Assembly: GCA_963725865.1 (NCBI GenBank) | Contig: CAVSAC010000012.1 | Location: 1 to 64,000, forward strand | Length of the DNA stretch: 64,000 nucleotides | Source: Candidatus Eiseniibacteriota bacterium | GTDB lineage: Bacteria; Eisenbacteria; RBG-16-71-46 | Reading direction: 5' to 3' | In this document: positions 45,501-52,895 of the stretch, piece by piece | How positions within the stretch are numbered: the stretch's first letter is position 1 | How the letters are laid out: every line of letters begins with the position of its first letter | Made by a program: the position numbers and the translations under genes | Notes under the pieces: generated by a model | The model's input: only the letters and a program-made list of their open reading frames with translations | What the model was told of the DNA's origin: nothing | The model's database searches: none

Positions 45501-45743
45501 CTCGCGGACCTGGCGCCCGACCTTCCCGTCATGGTGCTCACGAACTTCCCGGAGAGCCGCTCCGAGGAGGAGCGACGGCTCCTCCAGGACGGCCTAGTGG
45601 TGGACGTGGTGCCCAAGATCGCCGTCCACGACAATCCGCAACTGCTGACGCAGATCATCGACTGGCACGTTCAACTCGCCCGCGAGCAGTCCGAGCAGGA
45701 TGAGGCCGGCCCAGGCGATCAGATCGATGGGAAGGCCGCATGA
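42597..45743 (+). CDS. Membrane hybrid histidine kinase (2 TM with extracytoplasmic Cache-like sensor, PAS, HisKA, HATPase, two REC domains)
   Basis: EFLANTSHELRTPLN, NLVGNSLKFT, DTGVGI, GGTGLGL; VEDD...LDY and ADDD...LDLMMP receivers. Confidence 0.92.
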   Translation: MTLRSPASRTKPGSSASPPLTGAWSAPEGGGLPHGQTTATPRDGARIAIALTVLLGLILALLNVGLYQSARRRLADQKWQQLVAQTDDRRDAVRDALHRAARVTRFVAGDAAIRAWAEQAAAGPLKPEEQARFTDQLGRAAHLFDLSSVEVFDAGGHSLGSTRGERHQDTEALRNLLGRARRSAEAEITQLRHDGQAAPVLAVAVRVEPRSARNAAAILVTDTRLEDAIEPALHDGFEGGPDAGNYLVRLDGDRLVMVSSPPKGLAASVGDLLPAHDPRLRAGYLAASGTETNIEVNVAGRQVHWAVTRYLPEMGWGLVGEADRRTLLEGLRSTLTGLLVFDLAVLLIAAAAIWFWRRQYLGGLARREMEMTRKHAGRLAAVFDNAFDAIVTLDRDGNLGSVNTAAVALFGRPAAELQQQRLELLLSPVPPLCGEDRIHTVAQVEAVRPDGSRVPVEVSIGVSGEGEELRYSAIIRDLSQRLESERRIRAFADGLEISNRRLEEANAQLEEASRLKSEFLANTSHELRTPLNGMIGFLQLVLDGLCDSPEEEREFLKQALQCSRHLLGLINDVLDIAKIEAGRLTLEIERIDIAALLDEVYTLAHVQAAQKGLRLEFVPPEDPLIGVRGDFGKVKQILINLVGNSLKFTHSGSITVRALPHADLGYVMFEVVDTGVGIPAERQRLIFEKFTQGDGSTTRKYGGTGLGLAISRSLVELMGGIIGVHSHGPGTGTRMYFSLPVWRNEADESNPTVENAPHHVHGPAGGALVLVVEDDPTFRLYLGSLLHQHGYRTVDARNAEIGWLLVRRLRPSVVVLDYALTSVEGALMRTGWDLAERMTADPKTRHIPIVFVTGFDTELKQKLQANSFARKPHHLQKPIEGSVLLAKLHEVTQVSDGRTVRILMADDDPAVAAYVRKVLPSERFEVELAADGAECLHLLRTRAHDFDLLLLDLMMPEVSGYDVLREMTLADLAPDLPVMVLTNFPESRSEEERRLLQDGLVVDVVPKIAVHDNPQLLTQIIDWHVQLAREQSEQDEAGPGDQIDGKAA

Positions 45744-46141
45744 CGCACATCCTGGTGGTCGAGGACGACCCGCACAACGCGATCCTGTTCCGAAAGGTCC
45801 TCGAGAAGCGCGGGGGCTTCCGGGTGACCGTCACCGAAGATGGCCCGGAAGTGCTCGCGCTCGTGCGCTCCGGAGACGTCGGGCTCGTGCTGATGGATGT
45901 TTCGCTTGCGCACACCCGGCTGGATGGGCACCCGGCCGGCGGCGTCGAGCTGTGCCGGCGGCTCAAGGAGGACCCGGCCAGTGCCGACGTCCCCGTCGTG
46001 CTGGCGACCGCGCACGCGATGCGCGGCGATGCGGAATCGTTGCTGATCGAGAGCGGTGCGGACGACTACATCGCGAAGCCGATCGTGGATCACGGAGCGT
46101 TCGTCGCGCAGGTGCGCCGCAACCTGCGGGAGGCGGCATGA
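45740..46141 (+). CDS. Single-domain response regulator (DivK/CheY-like)
   Basis: ILVVEDD, LMDV, TAHAMRGD, YIAKP; ATGA overlap. Confidence 0.92.
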   Translation: MTHILVVEDDPHNAILFRKVLEKRGGFRVTVTEDGPEVLALVRSGDVGLVLMDVSLAHTRLDGHPAGGVELCRRLKEDPASADVPVVLATAHAMRGDAESLLIESGADDYIAKPIVDHGAFVAQVRRNLREAA

Positions 46142-46788
46142 AGCCGGTAAGCGAGATCCGGGTGCTGGTGGTCGAGGACGATCCGTTCTTCCAGCGGGTG
46201 CTGCAGCGACGCCTCCAGGTCGAGGGTTACCAGGTCCGGACGGCGTGCGATGGCCGCGAGGGCATGAAGTCGATCGTCGAGTTCGAACCCGATCTCGTGA
46301 TCTCGGACTGGATGATGCCCGAGGTCGACGGTCTCGAGCTGTGCCAGTCGGTCAAGACCGGCCTGCGCGAGGCCGCGCCCTACTTCATCCTGCTGACCGC
46401 GCGCGGCGAGCTGAGCGACCGCCTGCTGGGACTGGAGACGGGCGCCGACGACTACCTGGTGAAGCCCTGCGATCAGACCGAGCTGATGGCGCGCGTCCGC
46501 GCGGGGCTGCGCATCGTCAACCTCACCCAGGAGCTGCGCCACACGGTCGCCGAGCTGCGCGCGGCGCGCGCGGCGCTGGGGCCGCGGTCGAGCCCGGGCG
46601 CTCCCGCCGCGGCCGGGTCGCACCTGCCCACGCTCTCGGTGTGCTCCTTCTGCCATCGCGCGCGCGCCGAGGGGGATCGCTGGCAGGACCTCGACGACTA
46701 CCTCGCGCAGCAGGGGATCGCCGACGTGAGTCATGGGCTGTGCCCCGAGTGCCGGGCTGCGAACTACGATCCCGGCCGGGCCGCCTGA
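46138..46788 (+). CDS. Response regulator: REC, coiled coil, and C-terminal Cys/His zinc-ribbon-like domain
   Basis: VEDD, SDWMMP, GADDYLVKP; CSFC...W..LDDYL...SHGLCPEC; ATGA overlap. Confidence 0.9.
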   Translation: MKPVSEIRVLVVEDDPFFQRVLQRRLQVEGYQVRTACDGREGMKSIVEFEPDLVISDWMMPEVDGLELCQSVKTGLREAAPYFILLTARGELSDRLLGLETGADDYLVKPCDQTELMARVRAGLRIVNLTQELRHTVAELRAARAALGPRSSPGAPAAAGSHLPTLSVCSFCHRARAEGDRWQDLDDYLAQQGIADVSHGLCPECRAANYDPGRAA

Positions 46789-46879
46789 GGGGCCGGAGCT
46801 CTTTGCCCGCGATCGCGTGAGCGGTACCCTCGCGCCGCCCGGCGCTCCCGCCCGGTGCTCGCCCACTCCGGAGGACGCG

Positions 46880-47008
46880 ATGGCCCGCTTGGATTCCCTC
46901 GACGCGACTGCGCCCGCCATGCCGTGCCCGCGCCGGGTCGCGGGATCCGCATGCGCCGGCGCCCACCGCTGCGCGCCGGCGCCGCAGCCGAGCCGGGAGG
47001 CGGCGTGA
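46880..47008 (+). CDS. Possible 42-aa Cys-containing peptide
   Basis: GGAGGA RBS; stop overlaps the next gene's GTG (GTGA); possible TTTGCC-17-TACCCT promoter at 46802-46830. Confidence 0.35.
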   Translation: MARLDSLDATAPAMPCPRRVAGSACAGAHRCAPAPQPSREAA

Positions 47009-48024
47009 CGACCGACGCGCGGGTGCTGCTGATCGGCGGCAGCGGCTTCATGGGGACGCGCGCCGCGCGGGCGCTGCAAGCGCTGGGCGCCGACGTCACC
47101 GTCCTCTCGCGCGGCCAGCGCCCGCTGCCCGACGGCGTCACCCCGCTGATCGCCGATCGCCGCGAGCCCGCCGCGTTGGCCGCCGCGCTCGAGGGCCGGC
47201 GCTTCGACTTCACCGTCGACTTCACCGCATTCGACGCGCTCGACATCGAGCGCCTGCTGTTGGTGCCGTACGCCGTGCTGGGTCGCTACGTGATGATCTC
47301 GACCGGGCAGGTCTATCTGGTGTGCGAGGGCGCGCACCCGCCATTCCGCGAAGAGGACAGCGAGCGGCCGCTCGTGCCGGAGCCCCCGGCGGGCACGCCC
47401 GATCACGCGGAATGGAGCTACGGCACCGGCAAGCGTCGCGCCGAGGGCGTGGTCCGCGTGCTGCGCGCATCGCACGGCGTGCGCGCGACCATCCTGCGGC
47501 TGCCGATCGTGCAGGGCGAGCACGACCCGTCGCTGCGACTGTGGGCTTACCTCGAGCGGATGCTCGACGGCGGACCGCTGGTGCTGCCGGACGGCGGGTC
47601 GCGCCCGGTGCGGCACCTGCATGCGGATGACGTGACGCGCGCCGTCGTGCGACTGTTCGAGGGCGCGGCGCCGCGCGAGCGCGTCTACAACCTGAGCCCG
47701 CCCGAGAGCGTCACGCTGCGCGCGCTGCTCGAGCGGGTCGCGGGCCTCGCCGGCGTGACGCCGCGTTTCGTCGAGGCGCCGTGGAGCGCGATCGAGGCCG
47801 CCGGGCTCGATCGGTCGTTCTCGCCGTACGCGGGGCCGTGGTCCTCGGAGCTCGATGCGGCGCGCGCCGCCGGCGAGTGGGGACTGGTCGGCACCCGCAT
47901 CGACGACTACCTGCCGCGGGTGGTGCGCTGGCATCTCGAGAACCGGCCCGCGCGCAGCCATCCCGGCTACGCGCAGCGCGCCCGGGAACGGGAGCTCGCG
48001 GAGCGCGTGGGTGTCGAACGCTGA
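47005..48024 (+). CDS. NAD-dependent epimerase/dehydratase (extended/atypical SDR)
   Basis: IGGSGFMG, ISTGQVY, YGTGK (YxxxK); GGAGG RBS. Confidence 0.88.
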   Translation: MTTDARVLLIGGSGFMGTRAARALQALGADVTVLSRGQRPLPDGVTPLIADRREPAALAAALEGRRFDFTVDFTAFDALDIERLLLVPYAVLGRYVMISTGQVYLVCEGAHPPFREEDSERPLVPEPPAGTPDHAEWSYGTGKRRAEGVVRVLRASHGVRATILRLPIVQGEHDPSLRLWAYLERMLDGGPLVLPDGGSRPVRHLHADDVTRAVVRLFEGAAPRERVYNLSPPESVTLRALLERVAGLAGVTPRFVEAPWSAIEAAGLDRSFSPYAGPWSSELDAARAAGEWGLVGTRIDDYLPRVVRWHLENRPARSHPGYAQRARERELAERVGVER

Positions 48025-48062
48025 GGGCGCGGCGCGCGGCCGCGTGCGCCGGTCCAGCCGGC

Positions 48063-48092
48063 TTGACCCGATCGGGAGCCACCGGCTAGACT
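48063..48092 (+). promoter_or_regulatory. sigma70-type promoter for tRNA-Asn
   Basis: TTGACC, 18-nt spacer, TAGACT. Confidence 0.55.
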
Positions 48093-48145
48093 TCGCCGCC
48101 CATTTTGAAACGGGGAGGCCCGTAGCGGGCCGCCCATCGAGCCGT

Positions 48146-48220
48146 TCCTCGGTAGCTCAACGGTAGAGCATCCGGCTGTTAACCGGAGGGTTGTAGGTTC
48201 GAATCCTACCCGAGGAGCCA
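48146..48220 (+). tRNA. tRNA-Asn(GTT)
   Basis: TCCTCGG...CCGAGGA-G-CCA; anticodon loop CTGTTAA; GGTTCGAAT. Confidence 0.97.
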
Positions 48221-48229
48221 GTGTCGAGA

Positions 48230-48265
48230 GCCCTCCGGGTCCGCAAGGACCCGGGGGGCGTTCTC
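48230..48265. terminator. Hairpin between tRNA-Asn and the convergent gene
   Basis: GCCCTCCGGGTCC-GCAA-GGACCCGGGGGGC-GTTCT. Confidence 0.65.
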
Positions 48266-48704
48266 ACGTGCGGACGGCCCTTGGCCGGGGCGCGCCCGCG
48301 GCATGCTCGCCCGGCAATCGCCGCTGCAGCGCGGGCGGCATCTTCTCGACCGCGTAGCGCAGCGCCTCGCGGCGGATGCGCGCGCGGTGCGTGCCGAGGA
48401 ACGCCACCACCGCGTCGGGCGAGGCGCGCCACAGCTCGCGCAGCACCCAGCCCATGCCGAGCTGGACGAAGCGCTCGTCGGTGCGGACGATGCGCGGGCA
48501 CACCGTGAGGATCTCGCGGTCGTGCTGGCCGCGGTGCGCCAGGCTCACGAACGCGACCGCCGCGGCACGCTGGCGCCACGTGGAACGAGCCCGGCTCCAG
48601 CCGACGATCCGCCGGCAGGCCCGCGGATCGGCAGCCACCAGCGGGCGGAGCAGCCGGCCGCTCCGCGAGGGCCGGGCGGGGCGGATGCGCCGGCGCTCGA
48701 CCAC
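48264..48704 (-). pseudogene. C-terminal part of a DNA alkylation repair (AlkD-like) protein; N-terminal half missing
   Basis: W.R..STWRQRAA, ERFVQLGMGWVLRE, REALRYAVEKM; only 12 nt to the upstream gene and no clear RBS. Confidence 0.6.
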
Positions 48705-48716
48705 GGCTCGGCGTGA

Positions 48717-49781
48717 TCAGGCCCAGCGCCGGAAGAACAGCGCCTGCCTGGCGATCGGTTCCGTGCGGGCGTTGAGCGCCGCCATCTCGACCGCGCTCAG
48801 GGGCACGAATCCCCTGGCGAGCTCCACGTTCTCCTCGAGCTGGGCGACGCTGTCGCAGCCGATGATGACGGTGCTGACGGGCAGCGAGAGCACGTAGTCG
48901 AATGCCTCGCGCATGGTGATCGTGCCCGCCTGCGCCGCAGACTCGCCCGGGCGCGCCGACTCGGGCGCGGGCGGATTCCACGAACGGAGCAGCCGGCCGC
49001 GCGCCGGGATCTTCATCCCGATGATCCCCATGCGCTGCTCGACCGCCATGGGCAGCAATCGCTCCGCGAAGCTCAGGCGGTGGGGATCGGCGGCGTTGAC
49101 CGCCATCAGGAGGGTGTCGAAGCCGAACCGGCGCATCGCCTCCATGAGCGCGTCGGGCTCGGTGTGTCCGGTGATTCCCAGGAATCGGACCAGCTTCTGC
49201 TCGCGGGCCTCCAGCAGCGCCTCCATCGCGCCGCCGCGCGCGAATACCCGCTCGACGTCGTCGCGGCTCCCGAGCCGGTGGAGCTGCCACAGGTCGAGAT
49301 GGTCGGTCTCGAGCAGTCGCAGCGACTCCTCGAGCAGTCGCAGCGAGCCGTCGCGCGTGCGGTCGTGGGTCTTCGACGTGATGAACGCCTCGGGTCGGCG
49401 GCGCTTCATCACCGCGCCGATGTAGCGCTGGCTCCAGCGTTGCTCGCCCCCGTACGCGGCGGCGGAGTCGATGTAGTTCACGCCCAGGTCGAGCGCCCGC
49501 TCGATGATCGGGATCGCCTCCGCTTCGTTCTCGGGGTGCTCGAGCGCCGCCTGACCGCCGAGGCTGAAGATGCCGACCAGGTGCCCGGTGCGACCGAGAT
49601 TCCGCATCGGCATCGCGCGCGCGGCCGGGGTCACGGCGGTCGCGTCGGGGGCGCCGCCGCCGGGCTGCATGGCCCCCGCCGGCAGACCGCCGGCGAGCAG
49701 GCCGGCTCCGGCCGCGGCGCCGATGCGCAGGAACTCGCGACGGTCGAGGTGCTCGTCGGAGCTGGGTGGGTTCGATTCCAT
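48717..49781 (-). CDS. Aldo/keto reductase with a twin-arginine (Tat) signal peptide
   Basis: DRREFL plus hydrophobic stretch; RNLGRTG, GVNYIDSAAAYG, DHLDLWQLH, GITGH, GMK. Confidence 0.9.
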   Translation of the reverse strand: MESNPPSSDEHLDRREFLRIGAAAGAGLLAGGLPAGAMQPGGGAPDATAVTPAARAMPMRNLGRTGHLVGIFSLGGQAALEHPENEAEAIPIIERALDLGVNYIDSAAAYGGEQRWSQRYIGAVMKRRRPEAFITSKTHDRTRDGSLRLLEESLRLLETDHLDLWQLHRLGSRDDVERVFARGGAMEALLEAREQKLVRFLGITGHTEPDALMEAMRRFGFDTLLMAVNAADPHRLSFAERLLPMAVEQRMGIIGMKIPARGRLLRSWNPPAPESARPGESAAQAGTITMREAFDYVLSLPVSTVIIGCDSVAQLEENVELARGFVPLSAVEMAALNARTEPIARQALFFRRWA

Positions 49782-49788
49782 GGCGGCG

Positions 49789-49817
49789 ACGCTAGGAGCC
49801 GGACCTCGCATCGTCAA
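49789..49817 (-). promoter_or_regulatory. sigma70-type promoter predicting a leaderless AKR mRNA
   Basis: Minus strand: TTGACG, 17-nt spacer, TAGCGT, then 7 nt to the ATG. Confidence 0.55.
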
Positions 49818-49994
49818 GCGCGGGATGCCCGGCGCCGCGTTCCGCAGGGCGAACGACGCGCCCAGCGCACGACGGGCCTGCTCGACGCGAAAGCTAGCAG
49901 GCGACGGCCCCGCCCGTTATGCTGCCCCGACCCTGATGCGCTCCGGTGCACTCCGGACGCGATCACCGCACCCGCCGACCCGATCGAGGACCGC

Positions 49995-51362
49995 ATGAGC
50001 AACGCCGTCGACACCGCAGGCGCGGACACGCCCACCCCGGAGCCCGAGTCGCTGTCGCTCAAGGAGAACATCAGTATCCTGCTGACCGCCTCGCGCGCGT
50101 TCTGGCTGGTGAACCTGGTGAACTTCGGGGATGGGATCGCCTACTTCGGCGTGCTCAGCCTGCTCACGCTGTTCATCGGCCGGAACGTCGGATTCTCCGA
50201 CCAGGCCACCGGGTTCGCGGTCTCCACGTTCACCGGCGTGGTGACGCTCTTCATGTTCGGCGGGGGGTTCATCTCCGACCGCATCGGCGTGCGTCGCGCG
50301 CTCACGCTCTCGGTCGCCGGGATGCTGATCGGCCGCATCCTCATGGTGCTCAGCCCCGGGATGGGCGCCAGTGCCGCGACGCTGCTGTGGATCAGCCTGC
50401 TGGTGATGGGGATTGCCGAGGGGGTGGTCCAGCCCGCGCTCTACGCCGGCGTGAAGGAGTTCACCGACCCGCGCACCGCCACCATCGGGTACGGCATCCT
50501 GTACGCCATCATGAACCTCGGCATCTGGGCCGAGTCCATGGTGTCGCCCTTCATCCGCACCCACGACCCCAAGACGGGGGTCGGGCTCGGCTGGGGCATC
50601 ACCGGCGTGTTCTGGGTGATGATCGGGATCACCGCTCTCATGCTGGCCGCCAATCTCCTGTTCTTCACCCGCAGGGTCGAGCTGCGCGACCGGCGCGCCG
50701 AACACGCCGCCGCCCAGGCCGCGGACACGCGCACCTTCGCGGAGAAGCTGCGCACGCTGCCGTTCCTCGACCTGCGCTTCATCTTCTTCATCTTCGTGCT
50801 GCTCCCGGTCCGGACGCTGTTCGCGCACCAGTGGCTCACGCTGCCCGACTACGTGATGCGCTGCTTCCCGCTCGCGGTGAACTCGAAGTACGAGTGGCTG
50901 CAGGGCCTCAATCCGCTCGTCATCGTGATCTTCGTCCCGTTGATCGCGGCGCTCACGCGCAAGGTCAACATCATCACCATGATGATCCTGGGCACCACGC
51001 TGTCCGCGGTCACCACATTCATCCTGGTGCCGGGCCCGCATCTGTGGACGCTCATCACCTACCTGGTGCTGTTCTCGCTCGGCGAGGCGATGTGGTCGAG
51101 CCGATTCCTGGAGTACGTGGCGAACCTGGCGCCGTCCGGGCAGGTGGGGGCGTACATGGGGCTGGCGGGGGTGCCGTGGTTCCTCGCCAAGTTCACCACC
51201 GGGTGGTACTCGGGCTCGATGATCGCGCGCTTCATCCCGCAGACCGGGCACCAGGACTCGGGCACCATGTGGCTGGTCTACGGCTGCATCGCGATGCTCT
51301 CGCCGATCGGCCTGCTGCTCGGCAAGCGCTGGGTCCAGCGCGGAGTGAAGCACGGCGCGTAG
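49995..51362 (+). CDS. MFS transporter, distantly POT/peptide-transporter-like
   Basis: About 12 TM segments; GG.ISDRIG.RR motif A; YAIMNLG; LNP.VI; SLGE. Confidence 0.85.
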   Translation: MSNAVDTAGADTPTPEPESLSLKENISILLTASRAFWLVNLVNFGDGIAYFGVLSLLTLFIGRNVGFSDQATGFAVSTFTGVVTLFMFGGGFISDRIGVRRALTLSVAGMLIGRILMVLSPGMGASAATLLWISLLVMGIAEGVVQPALYAGVKEFTDPRTATIGYGILYAIMNLGIWAESMVSPFIRTHDPKTGVGLGWGITGVFWVMIGITALMLAANLLFFTRRVELRDRRAEHAAAQAADTRTFAEKLRTLPFLDLRFIFFIFVLLPVRTLFAHQWLTLPDYVMRCFPLAVNSKYEWLQGLNPLVIVIFVPLIAALTRKVNIITMMILGTTLSAVTTFILVPGPHLWTLITYLVLFSLGEAMWSSRFLEYVANLAPSGQVGAYMGLAGVPWFLAKFTTGWYSGSMIARFIPQTGHQDSGTMWLVYGCIAMLSPIGLLLGKRWVQRGVKHGA

Positions 51363-51486
51363 CGGCGCCCAGCACCGCGCTTCGATTCGCAGGGCCGGCA
51401 GCGGGGAGCATTCCCTGCGCTGTGCAATACCCACACGCACAGCTCCGGGCACGCCCCCCGCTGCCGGCCCTGCGCCGAGATACCCG

Positions 51487-51939
51487 CTACTTCGCGGGGG
51501 TGGCGGCCGCCAGCTCGACGCCCTGCGTGGAGAGCACCCACTCGGGCTTCGGACAGGTGTGCCCCTCGGCCGGCTCCTCCTTGACCTTCTGCGGCAGCAC
51601 GGTCACCACGCCCTGCACCACCACCCGGCGGCCCTTGCAGTCCTTCGGGACCAGCACGGACTCGTCGAGGCTGCGGGCGAGGAACGACGCGCCATTCGCG
51701 TCGGCGACTTCGATCCAGCAGCCGCGGCCCTGGCAGACGTCCTTCACCACGCCCTCCAGGCGCACCTTCTTGCCTTTGAACTTCTCGGGCGACTGCGCCA
51801 GCTTCGCGATGTCGACCGGCTTCTTGCTCGTGACCTTGGCGCCGTACCGCTCGACCGGGGTGCCCTCGGCGCGCACGGGAGCGGCGACGAGGGTCAGGGC
51901 GGCGAGCGCGGCCAGCGCGATGGCAGGGAGATTCCGCAT
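51487..51939 (-). CDS. Secreted OB-fold protein (DUF4920-like)
   Basis: Signal peptide; V.LEG.VKDVCQGRGCW, VPKD..GRRVVVQG. Confidence 0.7.
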   Translation of the reverse strand: MRNLPAIALAALAALTLVAAPVRAEGTPVERYGAKVTSKKPVDIAKLAQSPEKFKGKKVRLEGVVKDVCQGRGCWIEVADANGASFLARSLDESVLVPKDCKGRRVVVQGVVTVLPQKVKEEPAEGHTCPKPEWVLSTQGVELAAATPAK

Positions 51940-51998
51940 CGGTGCATCCTCTCGTGTGTGGCGCGGGCCGCCGAGCGCGGCCCACGCGGGGGCCAGGA

Positions 51999-52895
51999 CT
52001 ACGTGCCGTGCTGGACGCGGCGCTGCAGGACCTCCCAGCGCGCATCCGTCTCCGCCTGGATGTAGCGGATCTGTTCGTCGGTGAGGTGCCGGAAGCGACC
52101 CTGACGGCGGATGTACGGCTCCACCGGATCGCCGGGGTGGTCCATCGTGAAGCGCCAGTGCTGGCCGTTCTCGACCTCGAGCAATGGGAACACGCGGTTG
52201 AGGACCGCCATGCGCGCCAGGTCGATGGTCTCTTCGTCCGAGGTCTTCCAGCCCGGCGGGCACGGCGAGAGGATGTGCAGGAACTTGGTCCCGCGCACGT
52301 TCTTCGCCTTCGTGACCTTGTCGATCAGGTCGACCGGGTACGCCACCGACGCCGTCGCCGCGTAGGGAATGCGATGCGCCGCGAGGATCGCGAGCATGTC
52401 CTTCTTCGGGTGCGACTTCGGGGTCGCGGCCGGCGTCGTGGTGGTCCACGCGCCCCACGGGGTCGACGACGAGCGCTGGATGCCGGTGTTCATGTACGCC
52501 TCGTTGTCGTAGCAGACGTACAGGATGTCCTCGTTGCGCTCGGCCGCGCCCGAGAGCGCCTGCAGGCCGATGTCGAACGTGCCGCCGTCACCGGCCCACG
52601 CCACCACCGTGGTGTCGGTGTCGCCCTGCATGTCGAGCGCCGCGCGGATGCCGGAGGCCGCGGCGGCGGCGGTCTCGAACGCGGTGTGGAACAGCGGCAC
52701 GCCGAGCGAGGACTGCGGGTACGGGCCGGCCACGATCGTCCAGCAGCACGCCGGCAGCGCGACGATGGTCTTGGGCCCGAGCGCCTTGAGCACCAGGCGC
52801 ATCGAGATGCTGCCGCCGCAGCCGGGGCACGCGAGGTGCCCGGACGACATCAGCTCGCCCGACGGGATCAGGTCTTTGATCGGAGTCTGGCTCAT
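51999..52895 (-). CDS. 2-oxoacid:acceptor oxidoreductase beta (TPP-binding) subunit
   Basis: GHLACPGCG, GDGGTFDIG, YDNEAYMNTGIQRS, PCPPGW. Confidence 0.93.
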   Translation of the reverse strand: MSQTPIKDLIPSGELMSSGHLACPGCGGSISMRLVLKALGPKTIVALPACCWTIVAGPYPQSSLGVPLFHTAFETAAAAASGIRAALDMQGDTDTTVVAWAGDGGTFDIGLQALSGAAERNEDILYVCYDNEAYMNTGIQRSSSTPWGAWTTTTPAATPKSHPKKDMLAILAAHRIPYAATASVAYPVDLIDKVTKAKNVRGTKFLHILSPCPPGWKTSDEETIDLARMAVLNRVFPLLEVENGQHWRFTMDHPGDPVEPYIRRQGRFRHLTDEQIRYIQAETDARWEVLQRRVQHGT

